Made by a program: the position numbers and the translations under genes. 64,000 nucleotides of DNA from Candidatus Yonathbacteria bacterium (GTDB lineage Bacteria; Patescibacteriota; Minisyncoccia; Phycocordibacterales; JACNGX01), in the NCBI GenBank assembly GCA_013334825.1, contig JAAXWR010000002.1, positions 34,025 through 98,024 of the forward strand. Direction: 5' to 3'. Positions 10,052 through 19,566 of this stretch are shown piece by piece; position 1 is the stretch's first letter; the number at the start of each line of letters is the position of its first letter. The notes below the pieces were generated by a model that ran no database searches, had not been told where the DNA came from, and worked only from the letters and a program-made list of their open reading frames with translations.

Positions 10052-10939
10052 ATGCCATATATCCTGATAATCATTGTCGCGGGAGGTGCTTTTTTATGGG
10101 GGAGAAATACCGCACCTCCTCTTACTCTGCATGGAGACATTGCTTCACCAATTGATACAGATATATATGTTCCAACAGAAAACATAGCTTCTGTCGCTCC
10201 ACTCGATGATGTATTCATGACAGATAGTCTCGCAGATGAAACACCTGTTCTTGTGGAACATTCTTCTGTTGTATATCCTCACGTGCAGACAGATGAGCGT
10301 GTGTCCCATGAGACATATCGTGTTCTCTCTGTTGTTGATGGTGATACACTTACAGTGGATATGGACGGTGTGTCGCAGACACTTCGTTTGATAGGGCTTG
10401 ATACACCCGAGACGGTTGATCCACGCAAGCCGGTACAATGTTTTGGCAAAGAAGCCTCTCAGAAAGCAAAAAATGTTTTGACAGGAAAGCGTGTGCGTAT
10501 TGAGCGTGACGTAACGCAAGGTGTATATGACAAATATAATCGACTTCTTGCCTATGTGTTTTTGGAGGATGGAACATTTTTCAATGAAATGATGATTCGT
10601 GAAGGATATGGACATGAATATACGTATGCGACACCATATGCGTATCAAACACTGTTTCAGGAAGCAGAACATGATGCACGCGCAAACGGTAGAGGGCTGT
10701 GGGCAGTGGACGCATGCGCGGGAGACACAACGTCTCCACCCACACCAAGTGTAACAACCAGCGTAGTGGTATCTTCTACAACATCAGGATATACATGTGC
10801 TACGAATACCTATAATTGTACAGATTTTAGTACACAAATGGAGGCGCAACACGTATTTGAGGAATGTGGGGGAACAAACAATGATATACATCGTCTTGAT
10901 TCGGATAAAGACGGTCGTGTTTGTGAAAGTCTACCGTGA
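10052..10939 (+). CDS. Membrane-anchored thermonuclease (SNase) with C-terminal Excalibur-like Ca-binding domain
   Basis: VVDGDT, RLIGLDTPE, DKYNRLLAYV, GLW; YNCTDF...RLDSDKDGRVCESLP. Confidence 0.88.
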   Translation: MPYILIIIVAGGAFLWGRNTAPPLTLHGDIASPIDTDIYVPTENIASVAPLDDVFMTDSLADETPVLVEHSSVVYPHVQTDERVSHETYRVLSVVDGDTLTVDMDGVSQTLRLIGLDTPETVDPRKPVQCFGKEASQKAKNVLTGKRVRIERDVTQGVYDKYNRLLAYVFLEDGTFFNEMMIREGYGHEYTYATPYAYQTLFQEAEHDARANGRGLWAVDACAGDTTSPPTPSVTTSVVVSSTTSGYTCATNTYNCTDFSTQMEAQHVFEECGGTNNDIHRLDSDKDGRVCESLP

Positions 10940-11046
10940 GAGGTAGATTTTCTAGAAACTACGCTATTGCACGTATTGTCTGTATGGTGTACAACAAGGG
11001 TAGTGTTTTTTGCAAGAACATATAATCCATAAAACAAAGGAAAAAG

Positions 11047-12402
11047 ATGATACAAGTAACAATGTTGGATTCCGGACCTACGTCTGCCGTTGAAGCGATT
11101 TCATTCGGCGCACTTGTGTGCTATCAGGGAGAGATTCCTGAATACGGCAAGAAAATTGATATCCAAAAACGTCTCTTTGAAACAGGGCACCATACGACAT
11201 TTCAACATACATACTGCTCATTCGTTATTGACGGTATTCCTGTTGGCAGTGTGACGTTCGGTCTCCATCTTCACCCGTTCTATAACACGGGACAACGGTC
11301 GGGGAGGTTCTGCTCGGGGATGTTCGCGAACCCGGATCTGGATGCGATACAAGAGTCAATCGCGACATTCTGGTCACTTGAAAAGGATGTTATGGCGGAA
11401 GTCATGGACTATGTCGCATCCGGCTTTGCTGTGTATGGAACATGGTTCGATCGTGCGAAAGAACTGACCGCGACGTATATACAGGAAGACCGCCCTTATG
11501 CTTCGGAGAAGTATGTGACGGCGAACGCGGAGAAGATAGCGCAGGAACAATTGCGCGTGTTTATTCCCGTGATATTTCCCACAGCTCTTGAGTACACTAT
11601 CAATCTATCCACACTTGCCGCGCTCTACGCAAGCGCATGGTCTCCTGTGTTACAGGATGTGACGAAACAGATGGCCGAGAGGGTGCTTGAGAAATGGCCT
11701 GAACTCTCATTCATGTTTGAAAGAGGAAGGAGATCTCTCAGTCATTTTTTCGTCTCCATGGATGATGATATTTATGACAAGAATGCCATTCTCTTTGACC
11801 CAGTCCTCAGCGTGCTTCATGTGGATGATGTTTCTGAAAGTGACATGTTCATTATTTCTGAAACGGACATGCACCCAATCAACCTCCTCCCGTTTTATCC
11901 CACATTCATGGAGTTTGATGTTGCAGAGTTAAAGACAGACGTTGAAATGTCTGTCGCGACACTCGGGCAGAAACAGCGACACAGGACTGTGCGAAGAAGT
12001 TTCCCGAGATTTACCGGGAACTTCTATCTCCCACCCGTTCCTCGCGGTTTGGGACTTGAAAGAGATGCCACACTTCTCATGGAGAAATGGATGTCACTTC
12101 GGATGAAGATACATTCGGACCTTTTCATGAATCTTGCACCGTATGGCGCAATGGTTAGATATCAGGAAATTGCTTCATTTAATTCAGCAATTCATGAAGG
12201 GGCGAAACGTCTGTGCTTATGCGCACAAGAGGAGATTTATCATCTCGCTCGTCAGGAGGAAGCACAGATTTCAAGTACTCCTTTGAGGAAATTTTTTGCT
12301 CCTCCGTGCATGGCGACAGGGAAGTGTGGTGAGGGGGTGCGGTACTGTGGCAGAGACCTCAAGAAACTGCCGGAGGATCCTTTTCCGAAACGGCGGGTAT
12401 GA
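11047..12402 (+). CDS. thyX: FAD-dependent thymidylate synthase-like protein (two-domain ThyX)
   Basis: GHHTTFQH, QRSGRF, QKQRHRT, KRLC.CAQEEI, C-terminal Cys cluster. Confidence 0.7.
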   Translation: MIQVTMLDSGPTSAVEAISFGALVCYQGEIPEYGKKIDIQKRLFETGHHTTFQHTYCSFVIDGIPVGSVTFGLHLHPFYNTGQRSGRFCSGMFANPDLDAIQESIATFWSLEKDVMAEVMDYVASGFAVYGTWFDRAKELTATYIQEDRPYASEKYVTANAEKIAQEQLRVFIPVIFPTALEYTINLSTLAALYASAWSPVLQDVTKQMAERVLEKWPELSFMFERGRRSLSHFFVSMDDDIYDKNAILFDPVLSVLHVDDVSESDMFIISETDMHPINLLPFYPTFMEFDVAELKTDVEMSVATLGQKQRHRTVRRSFPRFTGNFYLPPVPRGLGLERDATLLMEKWMSLRMKIHSDLFMNLAPYGAMVRYQEIASFNSAIHEGAKRLCLCAQEEIYHLARQEEAQISSTPLRKFFAPPCMATGKCGEGVRYCGRDLKKLPEDPFPKRRV

Positions 12403-12510
12403 TATCCTTTTTGTTAAGTGTTCATTCGTGTGATAACAGGTTCTTCGAGGGCCTGTTTTTTGTAAGAATATAGATACAAACAAAAACGGCCCCGATGGGC
12501 CGTGTGATTT

Positions 12511-13002
12511 TCACCTGTTTTTATGAAGGAACGCAAGGATGCGTTCTTTTTCAGGGTGTTGTTCCGCAATCCTGTAAAAGATGTACGGATTTTTGTAAAG
12601 GTCGAAGTACTCCTCAAGGAGTGCCACGGAGATTGTTCGACCTTTTTGTACGATACGAAACTCCACTTCTTTGAAATGCTCCTCTAACAGTTGTTCTGCG
12701 AATGGGATATCCGAAATAAAAAATAATGTTGATAATCCCATGGGGTATTTGCCCCATTCTCTGAGGCGTTCCTTAAGAGACATCAGACATATGTCGTAGT
12801 ATCTTGCGACATAGACAAATGCCAATGTCACTGTGCCGAGTGTCGGGATCCTTTCTTTGAGAAGTTCGATGATCCGCGCATCGCGCGTTCTCTCGTCTTC
12901 ATCAGGGAGAGGTTCCATGGCACCAAATAGCGTCTCCCATTCTTTTGCGTAGACGGCACCTATGCCTTCTTTTGAAAGGATACGACCATTGCTTGTTTCC
13001 AT
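12511..13002 (-). CDS. Hypothetical protein (ORFan)
   Basis: 163-aa ORF, upstream TGCTATAGT, downstream hairpin at about 12485-12502. Confidence 0.65.
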   Translation of the reverse strand: METSNGRILSKEGIGAVYAKEWETLFGAMEPLPDEDERTRDARIIELLKERIPTLGTVTLAFVYVARYYDICLMSLKERLREWGKYPMGLSTLFFISDIPFAEQLLEEHFKEVEFRIVQKGRTISVALLEEYFDLYKNPYIFYRIAEQHPEKERILAFLHKNR

Positions 13003-13183
13003 TTTTTCTTAGGATTTTGAGGTTGTGGAAAGGACTTTGTTAAGTGGACTATAGCATACTTTTCTGGTTTTGGGAAGGGGTATATCGCAGGAATGCCCGT
13101 TACTGTTTTTTTGTATGAAGCCCTATATTTCAACATGACTTTTTATACACAGGTGTATTTAAAATATTTTTTGATTTGATATT

Positions 13184-13579
13184 ATGAAGTACATGAAGGA
13201 CTTTCTTATGTGGATACAACAAAAAATAACATTGGATAGGAGTATTCATCGTCCCCCTTTTGTTTCTGAAGGTGATATATGGTGGGCATCTATCGGAGAA
13301 AATATTGGTTCAGAAATTTGAGGAAAGAGTTCTCTTTTTTCAAGACCAGTGATTATTTATCGTAAACTTGTTCATGGTTTTTATTTTGTCATACCGACGA
13401 GCACAAAGGAAAAAGAAGGAAGTTGGTATGTCCCATATCAACATAAAGGTGTAAAAAATGTTGCGTGTTTACACCAAGCTCGCGCTGTTGATCATCGCTG
13501 TATTTAAAATAAATTAGGCACATTAGATGATAGGGACTTCGAATTGGTTCGTCAAGGTTTTCATGATTTGTATAAATAA
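13184..13579 (+). pseudogene. PemK/MazF-family endoribonuclease toxin pseudogene
   Basis: Manual translation EGDIWWASIGENIGSEI*GK..FSRPVII..VIPTST..LHQARAVD.RCI*NKLG; in-frame stops at 13319 (TGA) and 13505 (TAA). Confidence 0.85.
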
Positions 13580-13699
13580 CAATATTCCCCGCCCTTATGG
13601 GCGGGGTCGCGGGACAATCCCGAATGTATGTTAAGTGTATATGAGGTATAAAAATTGTGTAACTATTTAAAGGAGTCCATAAATGCGCACAACATTTAT

Positions 13700-14187
13700 A
13701 GGGTATCGACCCCGCAGTTATCCAGCTCCACTTTCATAATAAACACACATGCTATGATAGATTTTTTATCCGAGACGTGAGTATTGTTTATAGATAAAGT
13801 CTTTTATGAAAGTGGGGCTGGATGCTCCTGGGCGCCGAGCACCACTTTTATAACGATAAAAGTGGTGCTCGGTTCGATACCCCCACGCGAGCCGAGCAGT
13901 CGGCTCGCTCATCTCCACACGCAAAACAACAAACCACCCTTTCGGGTGGGTTGTTTTGGTGTGGAGATGGGGGGTATTGGTCAGGAGTCCGTGAAAATCA
14001 TAGTCGCTTTGCTCCTTGATTTTCTACGGCTCACGACCCTGGCTCGGCGACAAGCACTCGCACGCAAGCGTGCTCGTCTTGTGTACCGCCTCCGCCTTTC
14101 GATACCCCCAGCGAAAAGCTCGCTTTTCGCTTCACATCTCCAATCCATAAAAAAGAAACACCTCTTTAAAGAGGCGCTTCTTTTTTA
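13700..14187. repeat. Hairpin-rich region with direct and inverted copies of the tmRNA 3' end and CCACTTT/AAAGTGG palindromes
   Basis: Inverted copies at 13871-13919 and 14098-14142, direct copy at 13961-13977, palindromes at 13722-13821 and 13835-13872. Confidence 0.85.
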
Positions 14188-14605
14188 TGGTGGAGATGGG
14201 GGGTATCGAACCCCCGTCCAAACGTGGTTTGCGAGTGGGTCTACGCGATGTAGGTTGTTTTTTGGATTTGAACCGATTGTTTTTGAAACAAACAAAACGA
14301 CAATCAGTCGAGTTTCGTCGATTCTCGAGCGTCTGATGAAACGGTCAGATGCTCCAGTCCGATGAGTATGACACCCTCTCAGACATATCGGACGTCAGAA
14401 GAGAGGACGCCGCTTAGGCGAATCGAGACACGAGGTCTTGATTAGGCGAAAGCGGGAGCGAAGGACGGTATTCCAAAGTAGGAAGAGGCAATACCTTTTG
14501 CTTTAAGAGACAAGTTCGCACTTATCGTTTGTGACGGTTTTACGAGTCATCACAGCTCGATCGCGCGCACGGGCAGAGACACGCCTGTCGAAGCCGATCA
14601 TCCCC
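14188..14605 (-). ncRNA. ssrA: tmRNA
   Basis: 5' GGGGATG pairs with CATCTCC-ACCA (G3.U alanine identity), T-arm GGTTCGATACC, tag ANLSLKAKGIASSYFGIPSFAPAFA* at 14519-14442, adjacent to smpB. Confidence 0.95.
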
Positions 14606-14670
14606 GCACAACACTTCGCTCAGCGGAGAGGAGTGTTGCGCGGGAAGGACCGCAATGGGGCGGCATGCAC

Positions 14671-15114
14671 TTATTCATCTTTCAAAGATCGACGCATTTC
14701 ACGTTCTGCTTCACGCTTTTTGATAGTTTCGCGTTTGTCGAACTGTTTTTTACCACGTCCGATAGCGACTTCCACCTTGAGAAACTTATGTTTATTATAC
14801 ACTGAAAGTGGGATAACTGTCAATCCATTGGTAGATTCAGCGTCGGAGAGTTGTGCGATTTCTTTTTTGGACAAAAGAAGCCGTCGTGTCCGCGCGGGGT
14901 CATAGGACAGAGGAGTATTGACACTTTGATAGGGCGGTATGGTCATACCGACAATATATGCTTCACCTCCACGCACGAGAACGTGGGCACCTTCAAGTGA
15001 CCCCCTCCCGCCACGAAGAGACTTTACTTCAAAACCGTGCAAATCCAAGCCCGCCTCAAATTTCTCAAGGATGTCATAATCAAAATGTGCTTTTTTGTTC
15101 CGTATCAGAGACAT
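14671..15114 (-). CDS. smpB: SsrA-binding protein
   Basis: NKKAHFDY.ILE.FEAG..L.G.EVKSLR, GKKQFDKRE. Confidence 0.97.
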   Translation of the reverse strand: MSLIRNKKAHFDYDILEKFEAGLDLHGFEVKSLRGGRGSLEGAHVLVRGGEAYIVGMTIPPYQSVNTPLSYDPARTRRLLLSKKEIAQLSDAESTNGLTVIPLSVYNKHKFLKVEVAIGRGKKQFDKRETIKKREAEREMRRSLKDE

Positions 15115-15238
15115 GCCCGTATCATATCAGAAAATTGTATCTTTGTGCGATTTTCTTTAAAGGCTTTCTTTCTGTTCATATATATGATAAAAAGGAATAA
15201 GTGCTTTTTCTTTGCTAATCTTTTAGAACATTATTTTA

Positions 15239-15646
15239 ATGAAAAACAATGGTCTTTCAAAAATCATATGCGTCATGTTTTTCTTTGTCGCTATACTTTT
15301 TTCTTCTCTGGCTTATGCCAATGAGGTTGAAAAAGGAGAATCTCCCGCACTTGTGGCTGTTGTGGTTGGAACATATCATGGCAGTTCTTTTAAAACAGAA
15401 TTACCGTGCAGGGAGAGAGATGTGGATGGGGCGATTGATTTACTCCAACTCAGTCTGTTTTTGGTAACAACCGAGATGGAGGATGGTGGAGTTTCAGGAG
15501 GGTATATTGAAATCGCTCTTGCGGGTGATTATCGCGGGGAACGTTTCACCATGACTGTTTCTGGGGAACGCGATATCGCGGTCACAAAAATCATCGAGCG
15601 TTTGAAAGAAAAAATTACGCTCATTCGTAAAAAGATTATTGTATAG
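15239..15646 (+). CDS. Hypothetical exported protein
   Basis: Signal-peptide-like N-terminus ending AYA; terminator at 15650-15674. Confidence 0.6.
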   Translation: MKNNGLSKIICVMFFFVAILFSSLAYANEVEKGESPALVAVVVGTYHGSSFKTELPCRERDVDGAIDLLQLSLFLVTTEMEDGGVSGGYIEIALAGDYRGERFTMTVSGERDIAVTKIIERLKEKITLIRKKIIV

Positions 15647-15708
15647 TGAACCGCCCATGAGGGCGGTTTTTTTTGCGGGTTTTTCTGACACGTATTTTGT
15701 GTTAGTAT

Positions 15709-17706
15709 GTGCATATGCAACATAAATCTTCTCAACCAAAAAAAGGCGGTAAGGCACCATTTTCTCCGCGTCGTCCACAAATGCCTCTTTCTCCAAAAGG
15801 GCAAGGGGGTGGTAAGTCTCCGCGCAAGACTCCCGTGACTGGTTCGCAATTTGCCAACAATATCATTGGCACGGTGCTTATCTTTGCCGTGTTGATGTCT
15901 TTATATTCTTTTTTGTCGGGAACAATGAAAGAAGAAAAGGACATGACTCTCTCAGAACTTGCTGCGGATGTGCGTGGGGGCACTGTTACCTCCATTGACG
16001 TAGAAGGAGATGTGCTCACGGTGATGCGTGTTGAAGACGAAGCAACGTATACCGCAAAGAAAGAAGCAGAAACATCACTTTCAGAAAGTCTCGCGCTCTA
16101 TGGTGTGACTCCCGAACAACTTTCCGCGGTGAAACTGACTGTTAAAGACCCGTCGGGTTTTGCGTTCTGGGCGCTCAATCTCTTGCCATTCCTCTTGCCT
16201 GTTCTCTTTTTGGTGTTCCTTGTTTGGTATATGTCGCGACAAGTAAAAGGGGCAGGTATGCAAGCAATGTCTTTTGGACAATCAAACGCGCGTATTATTG
16301 ATCCAAATGATAAAAATCAGCAAGTGAGATTTAAAGATGTTGCGGGTGTAAAGGAAGCAAAAGAAGAATTGACTGAAATCGTAGACTTTCTCAAAAATCC
16401 AAAAAAGTTTTTGGATATTGGCGCACGTGTACCGAAAGGAGTTCTCCTCATGGGTGCTCCAGGAACGGGTAAGACACTCCTTGCGCGTGCGGTAGCAGGG
16501 GAAGCCAATGTGCCATTCTTTATTATTTCTGGTTCTGAATTTGTGGAGATGTTTGTGGGTGTTGGTGCAAGTCGTGTACGTGATTTATTTAAAATGGCAA
16601 AACGTGCGGCACCTGCGATTATCTTTATTGATGAAATTGACGCGGTAGGACGTGCACGCGGTGCAGGTATGGGTGGAGGGAACGATGAACGTGAACAAAC
16701 ACTCAATCAGATTCTTGTGGAGATGGATGGTTTCGAACCGCAAGAAAAAGTGATTGTCATGGCGGCAACGAATCGCCCTGATGTGCTTGACCCTGCACTT
16801 CTTCGCCCCGGACGTTTTGATCGTCGTGTTGTACTTGATCTTCCTGACCGTGCCGACAGAGAAGAGATACTTGGTATCCACGCACGCAAGAAACCACTTG
16901 CCGAAGATGTGAATATGAAAGTTATTGCGGAACGTACACCAGGATTTTCGGGTGCAGATTTGTATTCGCTTATGAATGAAGGTGCCATTCTTGCTGCACG
17001 TGAAGCGCGCACACAAGTTGCGCAATTTGACCTTATTCGTTCTATTGAAAAGGTCATGCTTGGACCTGAACGCAAGAGTCGTGTCATTTCTCCGAAAGAA
17101 AAAAAGATTACCGCATGTCATGAAGCGGGACACGCTATCGTCGCATCCGTGCTTCCTGATGCTGATCCTGTACACAAGATTTCCATTATCGCACGTGGTC
17201 ATGCGGGTGGATATACACTCAAGTTGCCTGTGGAAGAACGTAAACTACAGTCACGCAAAGAATTTTTGGATGACTTGGCAGTATCTCTTGGTGGATATGC
17301 CGCCGAAGAAATGAATTTTGGAGATGTGACGACGGGACCTTCGCATGACTTGGCAGTTGCCGCGGCACTCGCGCGTGATATGGTTGCACGATATGGTATG
17401 TCAGAAGCCATTGGGCCCGTTGCGTTTGAAGGGCGACGTGGAGGGCGAATTGTTTTTGGACAAGATACGGGAGAAAATGATTATTCAGAACAGATTGCCG
17501 CAAAGATTGACGGAGAAGTGACGGTAATGATTACCGAAGCACTTCGTCGCGCCAAAGAAACGATTACGACACATAAAAGAGCGTTTGACGCAATTGTTGC
17601 GCGGCTTCTTGATGCCGAGACGATTGAACGTGAAGAATACGAACAGATTCTCATTGCGCATGGTATTGCCCTCAAAAAAGCTGAAGAGATTGATATTGTT
17701 GCGTAG
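15709..17706 (+). CDS. ftsH: ATP-dependent zinc metalloprotease FtsH
   Basis: 2 TM segments, [30 protein letters not shown]. Confidence 0.97.
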   Translation: MHMQHKSSQPKKGGKAPFSPRRPQMPLSPKGQGGGKSPRKTPVTGSQFANNIIGTVLIFAVLMSLYSFLSGTMKEEKDMTLSELAADVRGGTVTSIDVEGDVLTVMRVEDEATYTAKKEAETSLSESLALYGVTPEQLSAVKLTVKDPSGFAFWALNLLPFLLPVLFLVFLVWYMSRQVKGAGMQAMSFGQSNARIIDPNDKNQQVRFKDVAGVKEAKEELTEIVDFLKNPKKFLDIGARVPKGVLLMGAPGTGKTLLARAVAGEANVPFFIISGSEFVEMFVGVGASRVRDLFKMAKRAAPAIIFIDEIDAVGRARGAGMGGGNDEREQTLNQILVEMDGFEPQEKVIVMAATNRPDVLDPALLRPGRFDRRVVLDLPDRADREEILGIHARKKPLAEDVNMKVIAERTPGFSGADLYSLMNEGAILAAREARTQVAQFDLIRSIEKVMLGPERKSRVISPKEKKITACHEAGHAIVASVLPDADPVHKISIIARGHAGGYTLKLPVEERKLQSRKEFLDDLAVSLGGYAAEEMNFGDVTTGPSHDLAVAAALARDMVARYGMSEAIGPVAFEGRRGGRIVFGQDTGENDYSEQIAAKIDGEVTVMITEALRRAKETITTHKRAFDAIVARLLDAETIEREEYEQILIAHGIALKKAEEIDIVA

Positions 17707-17797
17707 TCATAGTATATGTATTGCGTAATACGCAAAGAGATTTGCGCTGGTATGCACAACATAGAGCAATAGCTACTGTTGATAAAGGACGTCATTT

Positions 17798-18103
17798 ATG
17801 ACACAGCATTTTACTCGTACAAAAGAAGATTTTGTTTGTGAACACTGTGGTATAGAGGTGTCAGGAGATGGGTATACCAATCACTGCCCTGTGTGTTTGT
17901 GGAGCAAACATGTTGATGTCCATCCAGGAGATCGCGCGTCTCTCTGTGGTGGTATGATGCGTCCCCATGAACTTATTGTGTCTGGAGGGCAGCAAACGAT
18001 TCTTCATGTGTGTGAGCGATGTGGACACCACAAACGAAACAAAACATCGGATGATGATGATACCGATGTGCTTATTCTTCTTTCGACACGAACTCTTCGT
18101 TGA
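17798..18103 (+). CDS. RNHCP-domain protein
   Basis: F.CEHCG, TNHCP.CLWSKHVD..PGDR. Confidence 0.88.
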   Translation: MTQHFTRTKEDFVCEHCGIEVSGDGYTNHCPVCLWSKHVDVHPGDRASLCGGMMRPHELIVSGGQQTILHVCERCGHHKRNKTSDDDDTDVLILLSTRTLR

Positions 18104-18104
18104 C

Positions 18105-19220
18105 ATGCTTACTATTCTTGTCTTTGCCATCGACACGCTCACTGATACGGAATATCCATTATCTATGCGCATTGCAACATATGCTCAAGTAGCAGATGTG
18201 GTGTATGTTGTTGTCCGTGCGGGTGTACATCTAGAAGTTCCTTCCCATGTGAAGCTCATTCCCATCGAAGGAAATTCTTGGTATGTGCGTATGTATCGCG
18301 CGTTTCGTGGGGGATATGCTGTCGCACGAACATTCGTTTCGAAAAAAGGACAGTGTATTATTGTTGCAGAAAGTCTTTATGCAGATGTTATGCTTGCAGG
18401 ACGTGTTGCAAAAAAGACAAACATACCATTTGAATTATCTTGTGGTGGTCTTGATATTCTTTCAACAAACGTATTGTTAAAAGGGTGGAAGCGATATTAT
18501 TTTTTTCGACAACTTTCTCGTGTGACGTCTGTACGTGTTTTGTCTCTTCGTGAAAAAAATAATTTAAGCACATTATATCCTCATCTTCCAGAAGCAACGG
18601 TTGTCCCTTTTCCTGTTTATATAGAGAAGCATCTCGTTTCGCAGGTTTTTGAAACGCGAATGATACTTGGGTATGTTTCTGGTAAAAAAGAAAGAGAAAT
18701 GTTTTTGCGCGCATGGAAACATATTGTCAGTAGATATCCTGATGCGCATGTGTCGGTTATTGTTTCTGGTGATGAAAAAACTTCTTTTGTTGGAGAGATA
18801 TATAAAAAAGGATTCAGTGATAGTGTTGTCGTTGTTCTTTCATCTGATAGAGTAGCACTTCGTGATATATATACACGTGCGATACTCTTTTTGCATATGT
18901 CAGATCCTTGCGCGTTTGGAACGCACCTTATACAAGCAGTGTATGATGGGATACCCTCGGTATCTTCAGATGTGGGTGTGATGCATGGGGTGCTGACTTC
19001 CAATGATATATTTGTGTGTCCCGCGTATGATGCTGATTGTTTTGCCAAGCATACACTTTTTCTTCTCGATAATCCTCAGATTCATATATCACTTGCGCAA
19101 TCAGCCATGCGTGCAGGAGAACAGTTACCCCTTGTTATTACGGATAGAAATCGAAATATAGAAATACGAAGAGCTTTGTGGGATATGTTAATAAGGGGTG
19201 TGAAAGAAAGAGAAGTATAG
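18105..19220 (+). CDS. Divergent GT4-like glycosyltransferase
   Basis: GT-B-like C-terminus FG..LIQA...G.P.VSSDVG; conserved Glu residues appear substituted. Confidence 0.55.
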   Translation: MLTILVFAIDTLTDTEYPLSMRIATYAQVADVVYVVVRAGVHLEVPSHVKLIPIEGNSWYVRMYRAFRGGYAVARTFVSKKGQCIIVAESLYADVMLAGRVAKKTNIPFELSCGGLDILSTNVLLKGWKRYYFFRQLSRVTSVRVLSLREKNNLSTLYPHLPEATVVPFPVYIEKHLVSQVFETRMILGYVSGKKEREMFLRAWKHIVSRYPDAHVSVIVSGDEKTSFVGEIYKKGFSDSVVVVLSSDRVALRDIYTRAILFLHMSDPCAFGTHLIQAVYDGIPSVSSDVGVMHGVLTSNDIFVCPAYDADCFAKHTLFLLDNPQIHISLAQSAMRAGEQLPLVITDRNRNIEIRRALWDMLIRGVKEREV

Positions 19221-19259
19221 AATAACTTGCATTATTTTTTATTTCTGCTATAATACAGT

Positions 19260-19335
19260 GGTGAGTGCTGTAAAGGCGCTTCCAAAAACAACGAATGTCT
19301 GCGTAAGTCCCGCCCTTGGGCGGGATTTGCGTATC
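19260..19335 (+). ncRNA. Candidate small RNA
   Basis: TTGCAT-16-TATAAT (extended TG) at 19227-19254, hairpin agtgct-gtaa-aggcgct, strong hairpin at about 19300-19332, no plausible ORF. Confidence 0.4.
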
Positions 19336-19388
19336 TCATCCTCTGGTAAATGGGTTGCCCTTTTTTTTCTTCTCACATATACTATATC

Positions 19389-19540
19389 GGTGCATATGTT
19401 ATGTCGACGTTCTGCTTGAACACGGCCGACGGTTGCACTCACATAAGACATTTGTTTTGGAGCTCGCCCCGTCGGCCATGTGCGCGCGGAACGCGGTTTC
19501 TGACACGAACAACAGACATCATCACGATGTCTGTTGTTTT
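19389..19540 (+). ncRNA. Candidate rod-shaped ncRNA (6S-RNA-like)
   Basis: TTGCCC-17-TATACT promoter at 19355-19383; paired gttctgc/gcggaac and ggccgacgg/ccgtcggcc; terminator at 19508-19540. Confidence 0.55.
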
Positions 19541-19566
19541 GTTTGTTTGCGATGTATCATACACAT

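Noticed and set aside
13319-13321. TGA read as Gly/Trp (genetic code 25 or 4)
   Set aside because: TGA ends intact genes (e.g. 3693, 8119, 54108), and the same pseudogene also has an in-frame TAA
13154-13511. 13-bp duplication tgtatttaaaata (13154 and 13499) overlapping the second nonsense codon
   Set aside because: Very AT-rich and short; cannot be distinguished from chance
13784-14905. ORFs 13784-14365 and 14531-14905
   Set aside because: They overlap tmRNA, smpB and hairpin repeats antisense; no protein features
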